Positions 12,515-24,590 of a stretch of DNA of 64,000 nucleotides are shown piece by piece; positions within the stretch are counted from its first letter, which is position 1; each line of letters opens with the position of its first letter. The notes beneath the pieces are model-generated. The model was not told the origin of the DNA, did no database searches, and saw nothing but the letters and a program-made list of their open reading frames with translations. Source of the DNA: Hydrolagus colliei (Eukaryota); assembly GCA_035084275.1 (NCBI GenBank), contig CM068775.1, positions 1,240,001 to 1,304,000 on the forward strand, read 5' to 3'. A program made the position numbers and the translations under genes.

Positions 12515-12771
12515 GTTTGATTCCCAGCATGATGAAACATTTTACAATTTTCCTCGTGCCACACACCTCTGTTTACCTAGCAGTGAACAATTCTCATGTG
12601 AAAACACTATTGTTTATTCACTGGTCTGGAACTAATTGCATTAATTACATTTATTAATTGTTCAAGTTGTACTTAGCATTCACTATAAGTACAAATTTCT
12701 TTCACTCTGAGCTCAGTGAGTTCATTGAAGCCTCCACTTCAGGAGGAAAACACCAGAGTGTAAAACAGGGC

Positions 12772-12841
12772 ATGGAATTTCCAACACTATATGCTATAGT
12801 AGCTATTTACTACCCCATTCTGGTAGCATTTGGAATTCCGG
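12772..12841 (+). CDS. GPCR gene 1, coding exon 1 (MEFPTLYAIVAIYYPILVAFGIP, first half of TM1)
   Basis: ATG 12772, phase-1 donor G|GTAATT at 12842. Paralogous exons at 38471 and 49069. Confidence 0.85.
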
Positions 12842-13034
12842 GTAATTCTATTTGTTTTCATGGTCTGGCAATTGTGAAGAGACTAGTTCAATTGAACTTT
12901 TGTATAGTGGCTTGTCATGTCTACTCGAAATCTCAAATCAGTTCAAAGAATATACGGCAAAGTCAAATGACTTTGTGTTTGTGGGTGAAAGGCGATAGCT
13001 AATTGTGTATTTCTGTGCCCTACAAACTTTCATG

Positions 13035-14446
13035 GACCAAACGTCTGGTCCGTTATTTCCCGCCAAGCCGGAGTATTCAATCCACGCTGATCGAAACCTG
13101 TCATCATACTGGCAGACAGACTTGGTACTTTCTTGATGGCAGGCGGATATTTTATTCCAATCAATTTGAGCTGGACCTTGGTTGCAAAGCCAGGTTTGGA
13201 CAGCCGTCCATCCTGCTTCCAAGTTCCCACCATCAGGTCCCATTGCCACAGTTACTTGTTTTTGCAGCAAACGCGCATCTCAACCCGTGGCCATCACAGA
13301 CAATATTTGGACCCTGTCTTGAGGGTGTAAGCGGTAGATCATATGCAAATGATTGAGCTGCTCCCAAATTTTTATGGCACCTTTCCGGGGATCAGATAGT
13401 GATTTGGACCAATTGTCGATCTTTTCTGGATCGGCTGGAGCATGGATCGACACCAGTATATCCCGAAAAGCCCCGGGTACTGTGACATTAGCTTGTCGAC
13501 CTCGATGCACCGCTGTCACTTGTGGCACACGTGGGGGAGGGAGGACAGTTGAGGGTAAAACAAGACACCCTGGTTCCTGACTGACTTCGAGAGTTGGAGA
13601 GTGCAGTGTTGTGATTTCCGATCCCGAGAATACAATACAATGATCCAACAATTCTTAATAAAGGTATAGAGATTTCATGATTTTAAACAATTATAAATGA
13701 TAGAATAAAAGATTCATACTACCAGTCCCATTTAGAATACAATGCAGGATTCAGGCTGTTACACAATATGTCAGGTTCAGGCTTCTCACAATACTCACTC
13801 CTTCTGACTTTCCATCTCTAACTGACCCTTCTCTGCCTGTAAAACAACCATTCTGAACCATGATCCGCTCCAGTAGATCTGGACAACAGTGGCAGGCTGG
13901 AGATATCGGTTTACCCTGAGACATTCCCTAACTGTTGTGATGAGCCACTCTTTCTCTCCTACCTCATTCTCCACCATAACTAAGTCAGCCAGTTGATCAC
14001 TTGGAAATTGTCCAGAAGCGATGTCAAAACCAGACTATCTAAAGGCCAGAGTTGTACGGAGTTGTTTGCCTCCCTTCTTTTCCCAGACCTTGAGATGGCT
14101 CTCCTGCTACTCACTTGGCAATTGCCCAAATGAGTACAATTCTTTGTGCCTTTGTTAATTGAGTCCTCTGTCCCTATCTATATCTTGAGCTGTTCTCCTT
14201 CAATTCTTTATTTATCACAGAAGCTACTGATGTTATTGTGCCCCTTGGATTATTGGCATGGACCAGTATCCAAGATTGTCTCAGCGCAGGGGAATGTGCA
14301 CCTGGTGTTTTGGGTAGACAAGTTGTTTCTCTCTCTTTTGCTCAAGGTTGCTGACCATGCCTGTTTTGTGGATAGATGGTTTTAATTGGTGCCTGATTCG
14401 AACTAACTATAATTAATTTTTAATACAGTACCTCCATATCCCAACA
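13035..14446 (-). mobile_element. Endogenous-retrovirus-like gag remnant inside the GPCR1 intron
   Basis: Minus ORFs WSKSLSDPRKGAIKIWEQLNHLHMIYRLHPQDRVQIL and QIDWNKISACHQESTKSVCQYDDRF resemble capsid/MHR. Absent from the paralogous GPCR2/3 introns; GPCR3 homology resumes at about 14447 (=50510). Confidence 0.6.
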
Positions 14447-14792
14447 GCAGCCTTGAATGCCGATGCTGCCAGTGCCTGTGTTGTGGAGTTGCTGACATGA
14501 GTTAATCAGGTGGATATTCAACTAGGTGCATGGGAAGATTTCTTAAGGATTGGGATGATAGTTGCTGTTATGAAGGAGACGGGAATGATGCCGGATAAAA
14601 GGGACAGGTTGACTGTATCAGCAAGTAGTAGGGTAAGGTGGTGGAGCTCTGAGGTAAAGAGACGAGTCGGGATGGGATGCAGGGAGTGGACTTCATGGAG
14701 GATACGGTTGTGATGACAGAGGATGGGGAAACATGTTCTCCCCATCCTCATCCATTCTGAAGTTGTAGAAGTAAGTCAATCGACCGACCGAC

Positions 14793-14823
<31 letters not shown>

Positions 14824-15330
14824 AACTTACAGTTATATATTGCCTTTCATGTCAAGAGGATGGCCCAAGGCACTCTACAGTTTGGTAGGGACAAGAGCAT
14901 TTGGGGGAGGGGTCGGGTCAGGATGAAGAAGAATAGCAAAATTAACTATATTTGTGGGCAAAATGTGACAGCCAAATTATGCCCAGGATGGATGGGTAGA
15001 TGATGGGGTGTGGGAGGGCGGTGTGTGGGGGCAGAAGTTGGAAGGGTGGTGACAGCTACGTGGATTCCCTTGATTTTGTTCTCGAGATCATCCAGCATCT
15101 CCACACAGTGGGAGTTGTAGGAGAGGATCTGTGATATGGACGGGGAAGGGTGGAGGAGCTGGTTTGTTGAGGAGAACAGGAAATTGTGGTTGTCCTGGAT
15201 TATCCTGGAGTAGAAGTATGATTTGCTGGAGACCAGAGCAGAGAGGTAGTTTTTGATGTGCCAGATATGCCAGTGGACCATTAGACCTGATCTTTGAGCA
15301 ACTGGAGGTGGCTGGTGAACTAGGGTGAGG
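14447..15330 (-). mobile_element. Degenerate L2-like fragments shared with the GPCR2 and GPCR3 introns
   Basis: Aligns to about 40400-41000 and 50510-51440; SFKTAxIxPILKK-like remnants. Confidence 0.6.
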
Positions 15331-15580
15331 TTCGAGAGTAACACTTTGGAAAGAATCAGGAGAAATCATTTTGCTGATTGTTTAATGCAGGCTACCTTAC
15401 AACAAGGCCACAATTCAAAACCGTATGAAAGGTTTGCTGAAGGTTTGAGATATGGACAATTTTCTAAAGTAATTGAATCAACTCAAAGAATAAACAACCA
15501 AATATGACACACCCTTAAACTCCTCATCTCACACCTGTATTCATGTGAATAATTTTTCCTATTTTCTTTCCTTCACACAG

Positions 15581-16512
15581 TTAATTTGCTGGCGATTGTG
15601 ATCCTGTCAAGAGGAAACTGTGGCCTCTCAATGTGCGTCACTCGCTATCTGGAGGCCATGGCAGCCGTGGATCTCCTGGTTGTCCTCGTGGATGTGTTGT
15701 TAAACCAAATTAACAATCTGTATTTCCCATTAAATTTCTTATTCTACACTCCAGTGTGTAGTGTTAGAGTGGTGTTGATGAGTGCAGCATTGCTCATGTC
15801 TTTGTGGTTCACTGTTGCTTTCAGTTTTGACCGATTTATCGCCATTTGCTGCCAAAAGCTGAAACCAACATATTGCACGGAGAGAACGGCCACAGTGGTT
15901 ACTGTAACTCTGTCTGTTTGTAGCTGCGCAGTCAGCATTCCTTGTTACTTTATATTTGATCCTCAGTTCACAGTTAACAATACCCCGTGGTACTGTATCT
16001 TCAAACCAAACATTTATACTTTGCTCACCTGGAAATTATACGAAAGGTTTATCCGTGTTTTTAATCCACTGTTTGTGTTTGCTTTGATTTGCCTGTTCAA
16101 TGCTGTGATTATCAGACACATTCTGATGGCCAGTAAAGTCCGCAGGAGGCTTCGGGGTCAGAGAAAAGCTGACAAAACAATTGATCCCGAGTTGGAAAAC
16201 CGAAGAAAATCCATAATTTTACTGTTCGCCATATCAGGCACTTTTATAATTTTGTGGATAACATATGTTCTACATTCCTTCATATGGCAACTTTCCAATT
16301 TTAATTATAGCGAAACATTGGTCAATAACACCCGATATATTGTCCAAGAATCTGGACTCATGCTTCAAAAGTTGAATTGCTGTACAAACACCTGTATATA
16401 TGCATTAACTCAGAAAAAGTTCAAAGAGGAGTTTAAGAAAGGGTTAGTTTATCCCTTTGATATCATTGCTAAATTAATTATAAAATACCAGAAAAAATCA
16501 TTAGGAAAGTAA
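15581..16512 (+). CDS. GPCR gene 1, exon 2; class A 7TM receptor, GPR139/142-like; spliced product about 333 aa
   Basis: Acceptor TTCACACAG|TT gives GIP-V-NLLAIVIL in frame. TM2 D (AVDLL), ECL Cys, TM3 FDRF, TM6 W, TM7 NTCIY, helix 8 KFKEEF; no stops. Family assignment is from recalled similarity, not a search. Confidence 0.92.
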
Positions 16513-16849
16513 TTGGCTACAAACGTGGTTCAACTTCACCTACATTGGTGACTATCTTCACAAACATTGAAACTTTCCAAAATTACTGTATGATCTGTAG
16601 TTAACAGGGATGTAGTCGAGTCCTCCTCATCCTCATCCAAGTCCCTGGTGTCTGAGTCCAATCCCATGCCACTTTTTAATGTCCGAGACCGAGTCCGAGT
16701 CACTGTATGGAAGTATAATTAAATATATACCCATGTGATCAAACTATATTATAATTAGAACTAATATTGTGATAATTACTAACCTCATTAAAGTAAAACA
16801 GACACTTATACTGGTCTCGTTGAACTAAAAGAACTCTCAGTATCTTCAA

Positions 16850-17195
16850 AGAAGGTCTGGTCAACACTCATTTCTCACGGGAACAGACAGGCCTTGAGCC
16901 GGGTGGTACCACTGACACCAGCTGCTATACCTATCTCCATGTGACTTTGATAAGTAATTAGGTGTGTCAAGATAGCATTCATTTCTGTCCATTCCCTCTG
17001 TAATTCAACTAATACATTGTGTATTGTTTTAAGTGTATAAAAGGAGGAGTTGGACTGTTCCAAACTCAGAGGACAAGAGCGACTCCCATTGAGAGACGCA
17101 TATTCTCCTCTCCTTTACTAGTATTGTATTAATAAAGCGCATTCTAATTATCTGTTTGAAGTGTTGTTTTCTAATAGAAAGAGAAATAATACTAC
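16850..17195 (+). mobile_element. Solo-LTR-like repeat, copy 1 (copy 2 at 27629-27956)
   Basis: High similarity to 27629-27956, which starts TGTAGG and ends CTACA; TATAAAA and AATAAA present; TSD not found. Confidence 0.6.
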
Positions 17196-17199
17196 ACAA

Positions 17200-17430
17200 A
17201 TATCGGACTTAACATTAACCGAAGGTTCGATAGTCCGAACACACAAATTTCCTATACCCAGGGCATTTACCGTGGGTATCACTCAATAGTCCGAACCGAC
17301 AATGAAATAAGGTTATTAATCCGAACATTTGCATCCTTAGGTTTAGGGTTAGGGTTAGAGTTAGGGTTAAGCGAAGCTTCGGACTAACGAACCTTCGGAT
17401 TAATGAATCTTTCGGACTATCGAGCTATAA
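17200..17430. repeat. MITE-like element with inverted subterminal motifs and internal (TTAGGG)n
   Basis: A(G/A)TCCGAAC x3 on the left, TTCGGA(C/T)T x3 on the right, TTAGGG-like hexamers at about 17337-17368. Confidence 0.5.
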
Positions 17431-17439
17431 CCCACAGAT

Positions 17440-17920
17440 TCATATCTACCCAGGCCCACAAACACTCACACTCACCCAGATCCACACACACTAACATACA
17501 CACACATCCACCCAGGCGTGGACACACTCCCACAGTCTCAGACACTCTCATCCACCCAGACCTACACACTGATTCACACACACATTCACACACACCCATA
17601 TCCACCCATGCTCACCCAGGCCCACGAGCTTCACATACTCGCACACACTCACAATAACACATATCCACACATAGTCACTCACACTCACCCAAGCCCACTC
17701 ACTAACACACACTCAAAATCACCCAACCCCCACCGCCACACACTCATAATCACGCAGGCCACAAACACACAAACTCACAGACATTCACAATCACCAGGGC
17801 TCACACACCATCACAATCACCCAGATACCACCTCCCTCCCCCCCCCACCACACACACTGTCACTTAGGCCCACACACTCAGTATCATCCAGGCCCTCACA
17901 CACACTCACACTAAACTGAT
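17440..17920. repeat. CA-rich low-complexity tract
   Basis: Degenerate (CA)n; the overlapping His/Thr-rich ORFs are artefacts. Confidence 0.85.
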
Positions 17921-19347
17921 CACATTGCTGCAGCTCTTGGCCAGGCAGGAGACTCACTTCTCCCCTTTTATACGTTGCTGTTACAAACACAGCTTACTTT
18001 TACTGTTACTCATTTTACTGGAAGTCTATCTGCAGTTGTTTGACAATTTATATGGTCCATGTTATTGTTCTCTAAGATACGAAACATCATCTTGACAGTG
18101 AGGGCCAGTATCTCATCCCTTCCCCAATCAGCCTCACATGGCCACAGGCAGCAAAGGTGCTAATCAGTAGCACTCAGAGATGAACCCTGTTACACTTAAT
18201 CCTCAATCCCTTTAGTTTATTTCCCCAGATATTTGTGTCAGTTCCTCTATTGCTTTACAACAATATTAACCATTTTGATATAGACATGGGGCCATGTATA
18301 AAAATATTGCTGATGCCACAATAGGGGTAAGGCACACAGTCAGGAATAACCTGGAGAATTGCATAAAGTTACAGAGCGTTTAGCTGAGTTGGCAGGAAGG
18401 TTCAATATTGAGACACCAGTTTGTTGACAGTATATTTTGCGAAAAGTCACTCAAGCAAAAGCAAAATAATTGTTATAATTGGAATATGGAAGACTTGGAG
18501 ATTATGTCGATGTGAGTGTGTATCCAATAGACTATTAGAATGGATTCATTGTGTTTCACACTGGTAATCGATTGCCAATGACATATAAAGTTAACAGGAT
18601 TGTGAGAAGAGTTACTGTGTGCAGTTCTAGACATTACTATATTAAGGACATAAGAGCTCCTGAGAGGGTTTAGAGAAGTTTCACAAAGATCACAAAGATG
18701 ATCCCGGTGATTGGCGTTTACAGTGATGAGGATCAGCTGCAAACATTGTGGCTGTTCTCATAAAAATAGATGGTAAAAGAACAAACATGAAGGTTTTGAA
18801 AGACGTGACAGAGTGAAAGACGATGATATCAATATAAACTGGATAAAATATACAGGAAAGTCACTGTAAAATATAAAAGCAGAGTGGATTTTTATATAGA
18901 GATCTTTTAGAATATAGGATTCTTCATCACAATATCATAATGTGAAGTCATTTCAAATGGTATCAATAGTCACCATGTAAATGTGCAAATGAACAGGCAG
19001 AAGGTGGAATTGGAGGATTGGAGCAGGTCTGCCCTTGCTCTACCTGCAGAGTCTCAATGGAGGATTTCCGTGCTCTGTAATTCCACAGAGTTCACTTTTC
19101 CCAATGCATTGGATACAACGATTTGTTGGGAACAAACACACAAATGATTAAATCAATCTCTCCTTTATTTCTCTTAATAGTAAAAGCTTGGAAGAATTGG
19201 CAGGAGGTTCTGTGTAGTTCAATAGAGGGAAGGGAGCCCGTGAACAACTGGGAAACTTTATATACATTAATAATCAAACAGGGAAAAGAAGAAAAGTCTC
19301 AGGTTTCAATCTCCTCTGAATATATTTCTTATCCTTTATCCTCACAG

Positions 19348-19478
19348 ATTTCCCAACCGAGATGATGCTGTAAGGTTTCCCACCAGATGAAAGTGGCAAC
19401 CTCTGGCCTACTGCTTCCACCTTCATCATCCTCTTCTTCCTGAGTATGTTCTACAGCGCCACCATCACTCTAATTAAG
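19348..19478 (+). pseudogene. IgH transmembrane (TM1) exon with one in-frame stop
   Basis: Acceptor CCTCACAG|AT (phase 1), [43 protein letters not shown], donor AAG|GTGAGG. TASTFIxLFxLSxFYSAT is the conserved antigen-receptor TM motif. TAA at 19371-19373. Confidence 0.9.
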
Positions 19479-19699
19479 GTGAGGAGAGTAAATTAATTGA
19501 CGCCATGAGGTGATAGAACAGCTGCTGTTAAATACTTGTTCATGGCAACACTGATAGTGATGCTCATTACAGCCACTGTGCTGGGAAACTCTATCTGTCC
19601 TTACAGGGCAGGATCCTTGTGACTGAGCTGTGTGAAGGTGAAGGACATATCCTATCACCCTTACACACCCAATCACACCTGACATATACTCACCTGGTA

Positions 19700-21245
19700 T
19701 AGACAAGGATGGAGGAGATGGGGTCACGGAATTTGGAATGGTAGAGGACACGGGCAGCGGAATTCTGGATTATCTGTGGAGGGAGAAATTGAGAAGGCCG
19801 ACCAGCAAGGCGTTTGCATAATCGAGCCGGGATGTAATGGAGGCGTGGATGAGGGATTCAGTGGCTTTGGGGGTTAGGCATTGGCTGGGTGATCATGAGT
19901 GGGGCAATGTTCCAGAGATGGAGAAAGGCAGAGCTGGTCATTGCTTCGATGTGGGGGAGGAAATACCGTTGAAGGTTGAACAAGACACCTAGGTTCCTGA
20001 CATGCTTGGTGAAGTTGAGTGTGCAAACATGGAGGTTGATACTGCCATTGGCTGAAGGAAGGAGGCGCTGGTGTGAGCCAATCAGTAGGGCCTCGGATTT
20101 GTTGACATTCAACTATGGAAAGTTAGCTCTCATCCAAGACTTGATGTCTGACAGACAGTCTGTCATGACAGAGGCAGTCCTGGGGTTGAGGATAGAGGCA
20201 GAGAGATAGAGTTGGGTGTCATCCGCATACATGTGGAAGTTAACCCCATGTCTGTGGTTGATGTCACCAAGTGGGAGCATACAGATGTTGAAAAGTAGGG
20301 GGCCAAGGACAGAGCCTGGGGGACGCCAAGGGTGACAGTGCAGGCACTGGAAGAGAAGCCGTTGGTGGCAACAAAGTGTAGGCAATGAGAAAGGTAGGAG
20401 TTGAACTAGGTGAGGGCAAAGTTCTTGAGGTTGGGATAAAAGTATTCCGGGAAAGTGATTGAGCAGATTGGAAAGAGATTGATTTCTAAAATTGGAATTA
20501 AAGGACTGAGTGAATCTACATTGTCTTTTAGATTCAATTACATCACAGATACTTTAATATAGCTCAGTCCTGTAGCTCAGTGGTTAAAGCATTCACCTTA
20601 CATGAGACCTGTGTTCAAATCCAGGAAGGTCAGAGTTAAACCTTGGACAAATTTCCTTACTCCACACTACAATAACAACAACATAATTACATTTATAGAG
20701 CACCTTTCACGTCAGGAGGATGTCCCGTGGTGCTGAACAGTCTGGTCGGGACCCGAGCACTGGGGGGGAAGTGTCGGGGTAGGGAGAAGGAGAAGGAGAG
20801 TAGGAGATGTGGCAGAGTTAGGAGGGAAGCAGAAGGTACGGTCGAAGAGGAAGGTCTTGAGTCCGGCCTTAAGGAGGAAAGAGAGGAAGTGAGGCAAAGG
20901 GATTGTGGGATGGAGTTCCACAGTGTGGGAGCAGAGAGGCTGAGAGCCCGGCCAGTGATTGGAGGGCGGTTAGGGCGGGATACGGAGCAGGCCAGAGCCT
21001 GCTGAGCGGAGGGGTCTGTCGGGTTGATACGGAGACAGTAGGTCGGAGAGATAGGCGGGGGAAAGATCGTGAATGGCCTTGAAAGTGAGGACAAGGATCT
21101 TGAATTCGATCCTCTGGGGGATGGGGAGCCAGTGGCGATGGGCGGGGGTGGGAGTGATGTAGTCGTGGAGGAGCCTGGTGCGGGAGAGTACACGAGCTGC
21201 AGAGTTTTGAATGATCTGCAGCCTGTGAAGGGAGGAGCTAAGAAG
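19700..21245 (-). mobile_element. L2-clade LINE fragments (RT core 19700-20400; 3' end 20675-21245)
   Basis: [19 protein letters not shown]...[13 protein letters not shown]; RIKFKIL-like stretch; (AAC)n tail at about 20675. Confidence 0.8.
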
Positions 21246-22039
21246 GCCTAATAATAATCCCTCAAAAAATACAATGATAAAAATTGGTCATTTCAATCTA
21301 CAATTGTTTGTGTGTACAATTGGCTGTGGCATTTTGCCCACAATTATAGTCAATTTACTTTACGATATATGCTGTGAAGTACTTTGAGACATCTAGAAAA
21401 GCGCTAAATCAAATGCAAAGTTTATTATCACCAGTTGAACGTGTTTGTGTGTGGATTATTATACACCAATAAAAACAAACTTAAATACTAGCTCGTCACG
21501 AAGGCTGAAATTATTGATGCTATGCTTACTTCTATTTTCCAGGTAAAATTAGTTTCTCCACCCCAGCTTCACAGATGTGCCTCGTGTGTTTATGTTTATC
21601 ACCAATGTCTTGTGACAGATTATGTGATGTCTTGTTTCACGCATTTTACAAAATCACAGGAATTAAACATAGTATTGTGCAGCTCCATGAATTTTAGTGA
21701 CTTTTCTTATTGTTATTTTATATTACAGTGGGCCTTTGGGGAATAACAAATCATGTTGGGATTTAATTTAGCGTCACACCTCTCTGATATTCTTTATTTG
21801 CCGTTTACCATGTGTGAGGTGTAATGATACAGAAAGACAGAGGCTGTTATACTTTGACTTCAATCTGAAGCTGTACATATTGTATTCTGCTCCTGTATCA
21901 TAGTGCCTACAGACACTGTATACTTGTTTGCCTGAAGTATCAATAAATGATCAAACTTAGTGAGCTGTTTGTTCCCTCTCTTTCCTGTTTCTTTTGTCTC
22001 AAGTGTGTCTTGGCTTCTGATTTCCAAATGGTTCAGATA

Positions 22040-22067
22040 CACAGAAGCTCAGCATTAAACAAAAACC
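22040..22067 (+). promoter_or_regulatory. Isolated 12-RSS-like motif
   Basis: CACAGAA (22040-22046) + exactly 12 nt + perfect ACAAAAACC (22059-22067); no recognisable gene segment attached. Confidence 0.45.
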
Positions 22068-24029
22068 GTTAAACAAAAGCTGTTAAGCTGTTAAACAAAA
22101 GCTGTTAAACAGTCCAACAGTCCAGTTAGGGTTTTGCTGAGAACGCCATCAATGTTTCCGCTTGAGTTGTGTCTTAGCTCCAGTGATCAGCAGCTGCTTT
22201 TGTTTTCCATGTGTAATTATTTTATTGTTTTCACAATAAATGCTTGAATGCAGGATGGAAGGTGCAGATTTAAGTAAAAGAGTGAGCGCAACAAGGAAAT
22301 ATCATTTGAATCCACATGATTGTAGTTATAAATGTCACAGTACATTGCTGTTTTACACAACAACAAGTTGTGTTTATATAGCAGCCCTCACTTGTCAGCA
22401 TTTCACAGTGACACAGAATGTCCCGGCATAGAAGCACATTTGGTCTCAGATTTTTTTGGCCTGTCGTTTTTCTAAATGAGTATTTGCTCATTTCTCATAT
22501 ACAATTATCCCATCTCTCTCCCCATATACCCCATAGGTTCCTTTTTTAAACCCATTTCAGTTTTTCCCTCTTTTTGTCTGTCTCCGCAGCTAATTCTATT
22601 GATATGTGAAGAACAACAACAATACAACAACAGTAAACTTGTATAGAGCCTTTCATGACAGGAGGATGTCCCATGGTGCTGGACAGTCACTGTTTCAGAC
22701 TTGAGCTGGGGACAGGGGTGGGGGAGTGAAGGGGGGATTAGGATTTGCTGATTGGTCCATCAAAGAGGAGTCTTGAGGAGGGACTTGAAGGAGGCCAGGG
22801 AGGGGCGAGGCAGAGGGACAGTGGGAGGGAAACCTGATAACATTCTTAGTGCAGAAATGTGCTGCAATGTGTACCTTGATTATTCTGCAAATACAAGAGC
22901 ACAACCCTTGATCTATCCTGTGTTCAGTATGTTTAACATCCTTAGTTATAATTCCTTTTAATCTGAGATGATCCACTGTAACACATCAGTTTTTCAACAT
23001 AGGAATAACATACAAACATAACAATTGCTAGTTGATAGAAGGTTATGGTCCATACAGTTCACCTTCCACCATCCTGGCAGTCACATGCACACGTCGTGTC
23101 CCAAACTATATACAGTATCTCCTATTTCCTAAAATAGATCTATTAATTTGCTTTTGAAAGAATCAACACATATTCCTTCCACCATCTCCCTGGGGAGTCT
23201 GTTCCATACATTTACTGCTCGCTCACTCAAATAGTATTTCCATAGATTTGTTTGGAATTTCAAATGCAGGCCATGCCCTCTGGTTAGCTGCCACTCTATA
23301 CCTGTATTTTGCTCCTGATGTTCCCCTTCCTGAGAATGAGCCCAACTAGGAAGTAATTTAGCTTGGGTCATGCTTTACTGCTTTACGCAGAATTGTAGCA
23401 AGTCCACAACTTGGCTAAAATGTAAAATACACGCACACATTTAAAATATATTTGCACAAATTTCTGGTATCAAGTACAGCAAACTATCACAAATTACATC
23501 AGGAAATCACTTTTTACACTGGGAGGACATTCCAAGACACTGAATCAGGATACAGTTTGTACTGGTTTCAAAACATTTGGTATTTCAAAAAAGTTCTGCA
23601 ATCTTTCTACTAATAATCATCTTTGCCTTTGATATGGAGCTGTATCAAACCCTGGGAGACATCTCAAACCTTTTACAGTTTACAAGTGAAATGACTGTAT
23701 ATTTTGAACATTCTTATTAAATCCGTCCCCACCACCCTTCCAAGCAGTGCATTGCAGACTGTAATACAACAACAATAACAATTAAATTGCACTTACAAAG
23801 CGCCTTTCATGTCGTGAGAATGTCCCAAAGAGCAGAACAGTCAGGTCGGGACCCTAGCGGGATGGGGGTGGTGGGGGGGGGGGGGGGGGGGGGGAGGGTC
23901 AGGGTTGTCCTTCACCTCCAGAATTATCTTGGAGTAGAATGACAATTTGACGGAGGATAGGGCGGAGCGGTAGGAAGAAGTGAGGTCCAGCCACATATGG
24001 TGGACTGTGAGGCCGGATTTGAGCCAGTT

Positions 24030-24590
24030 GCCATCCCACCTGCCATTGGTGATAGTTCCTCCCCATCTCCCATCAAAACCTCTCAGTTTTGACCATCTCT
24101 AATAAATCTCCCGTAAAGCTTCTCAGCTCCAAGGAGAACAATCCCAGATAATCTTGTCTCTACACAAAACTAAAGTCCCTCGTACCTGTTACCATCCTTG
24201 TAAATCTCCTCTGCAGTTTCTCCACAGCCGTGACATCATTCCTAAAGTGTGTGGCCGAGACGTGGACAGAATTCTCCAGCTAAGCACCATACAGTGGCTT
24301 GCAGTGAGTTGCTGTGGTCAAGATCACAAACGACATCTTGTCCATCTGTGACCAGAGCTCCCACTGCCTCTTCATCTTCCTCGAGCTCTGCTGCCTTTGA
24401 CACCATGGGGACCACTCAATCCTCCTCCACCACCTGTCCTCTCACTTCAACCTTTAAAGTTCTGTCCTTGACTAGTTCAGGTCCTATCTCTCACACAATC
24501 TCTACTTTGTCCCCAACAACAATTTCTCTTCCAGCATCCACACAGTCTTGATACGTCAGTGTGGACGTGGCTCGGCCTCTCCTACCTTTA
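24030..24590. mobile_element. CR1 fragment (minus, about 24030-24285) abutting an L2 RT fragment (plus, about 24290-24590)
   Basis: CR1 RFTRMVPG/LFSLE-like sequence on minus; VKITNDILS...SAAFDT on plus. Confidence 0.6.

Noticed and set aside
12658-13002. ORFs 12658-13002 and 49009-49224 as standalone small proteins
   Set aside because: They are GPCR exon 1 reading through into the intron; conserved phase-1 donors explain them.
8476-15600. Direct J to GPCR exon-2 splice (also phase 1)
   Set aside because: It would drop the first half of TM1 and probably break topology; only the upstream acceptor route is kept as a hypothesis.
17403-17919. His/Thr-rich ORFs
   Set aside because: Products of a degenerate CA repeat.
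23500-23600. GYSLYWFQN, resembling a V-domain C strand
   Set aside because: No flanking Cys, leader or RSS; the frame closes quickly.
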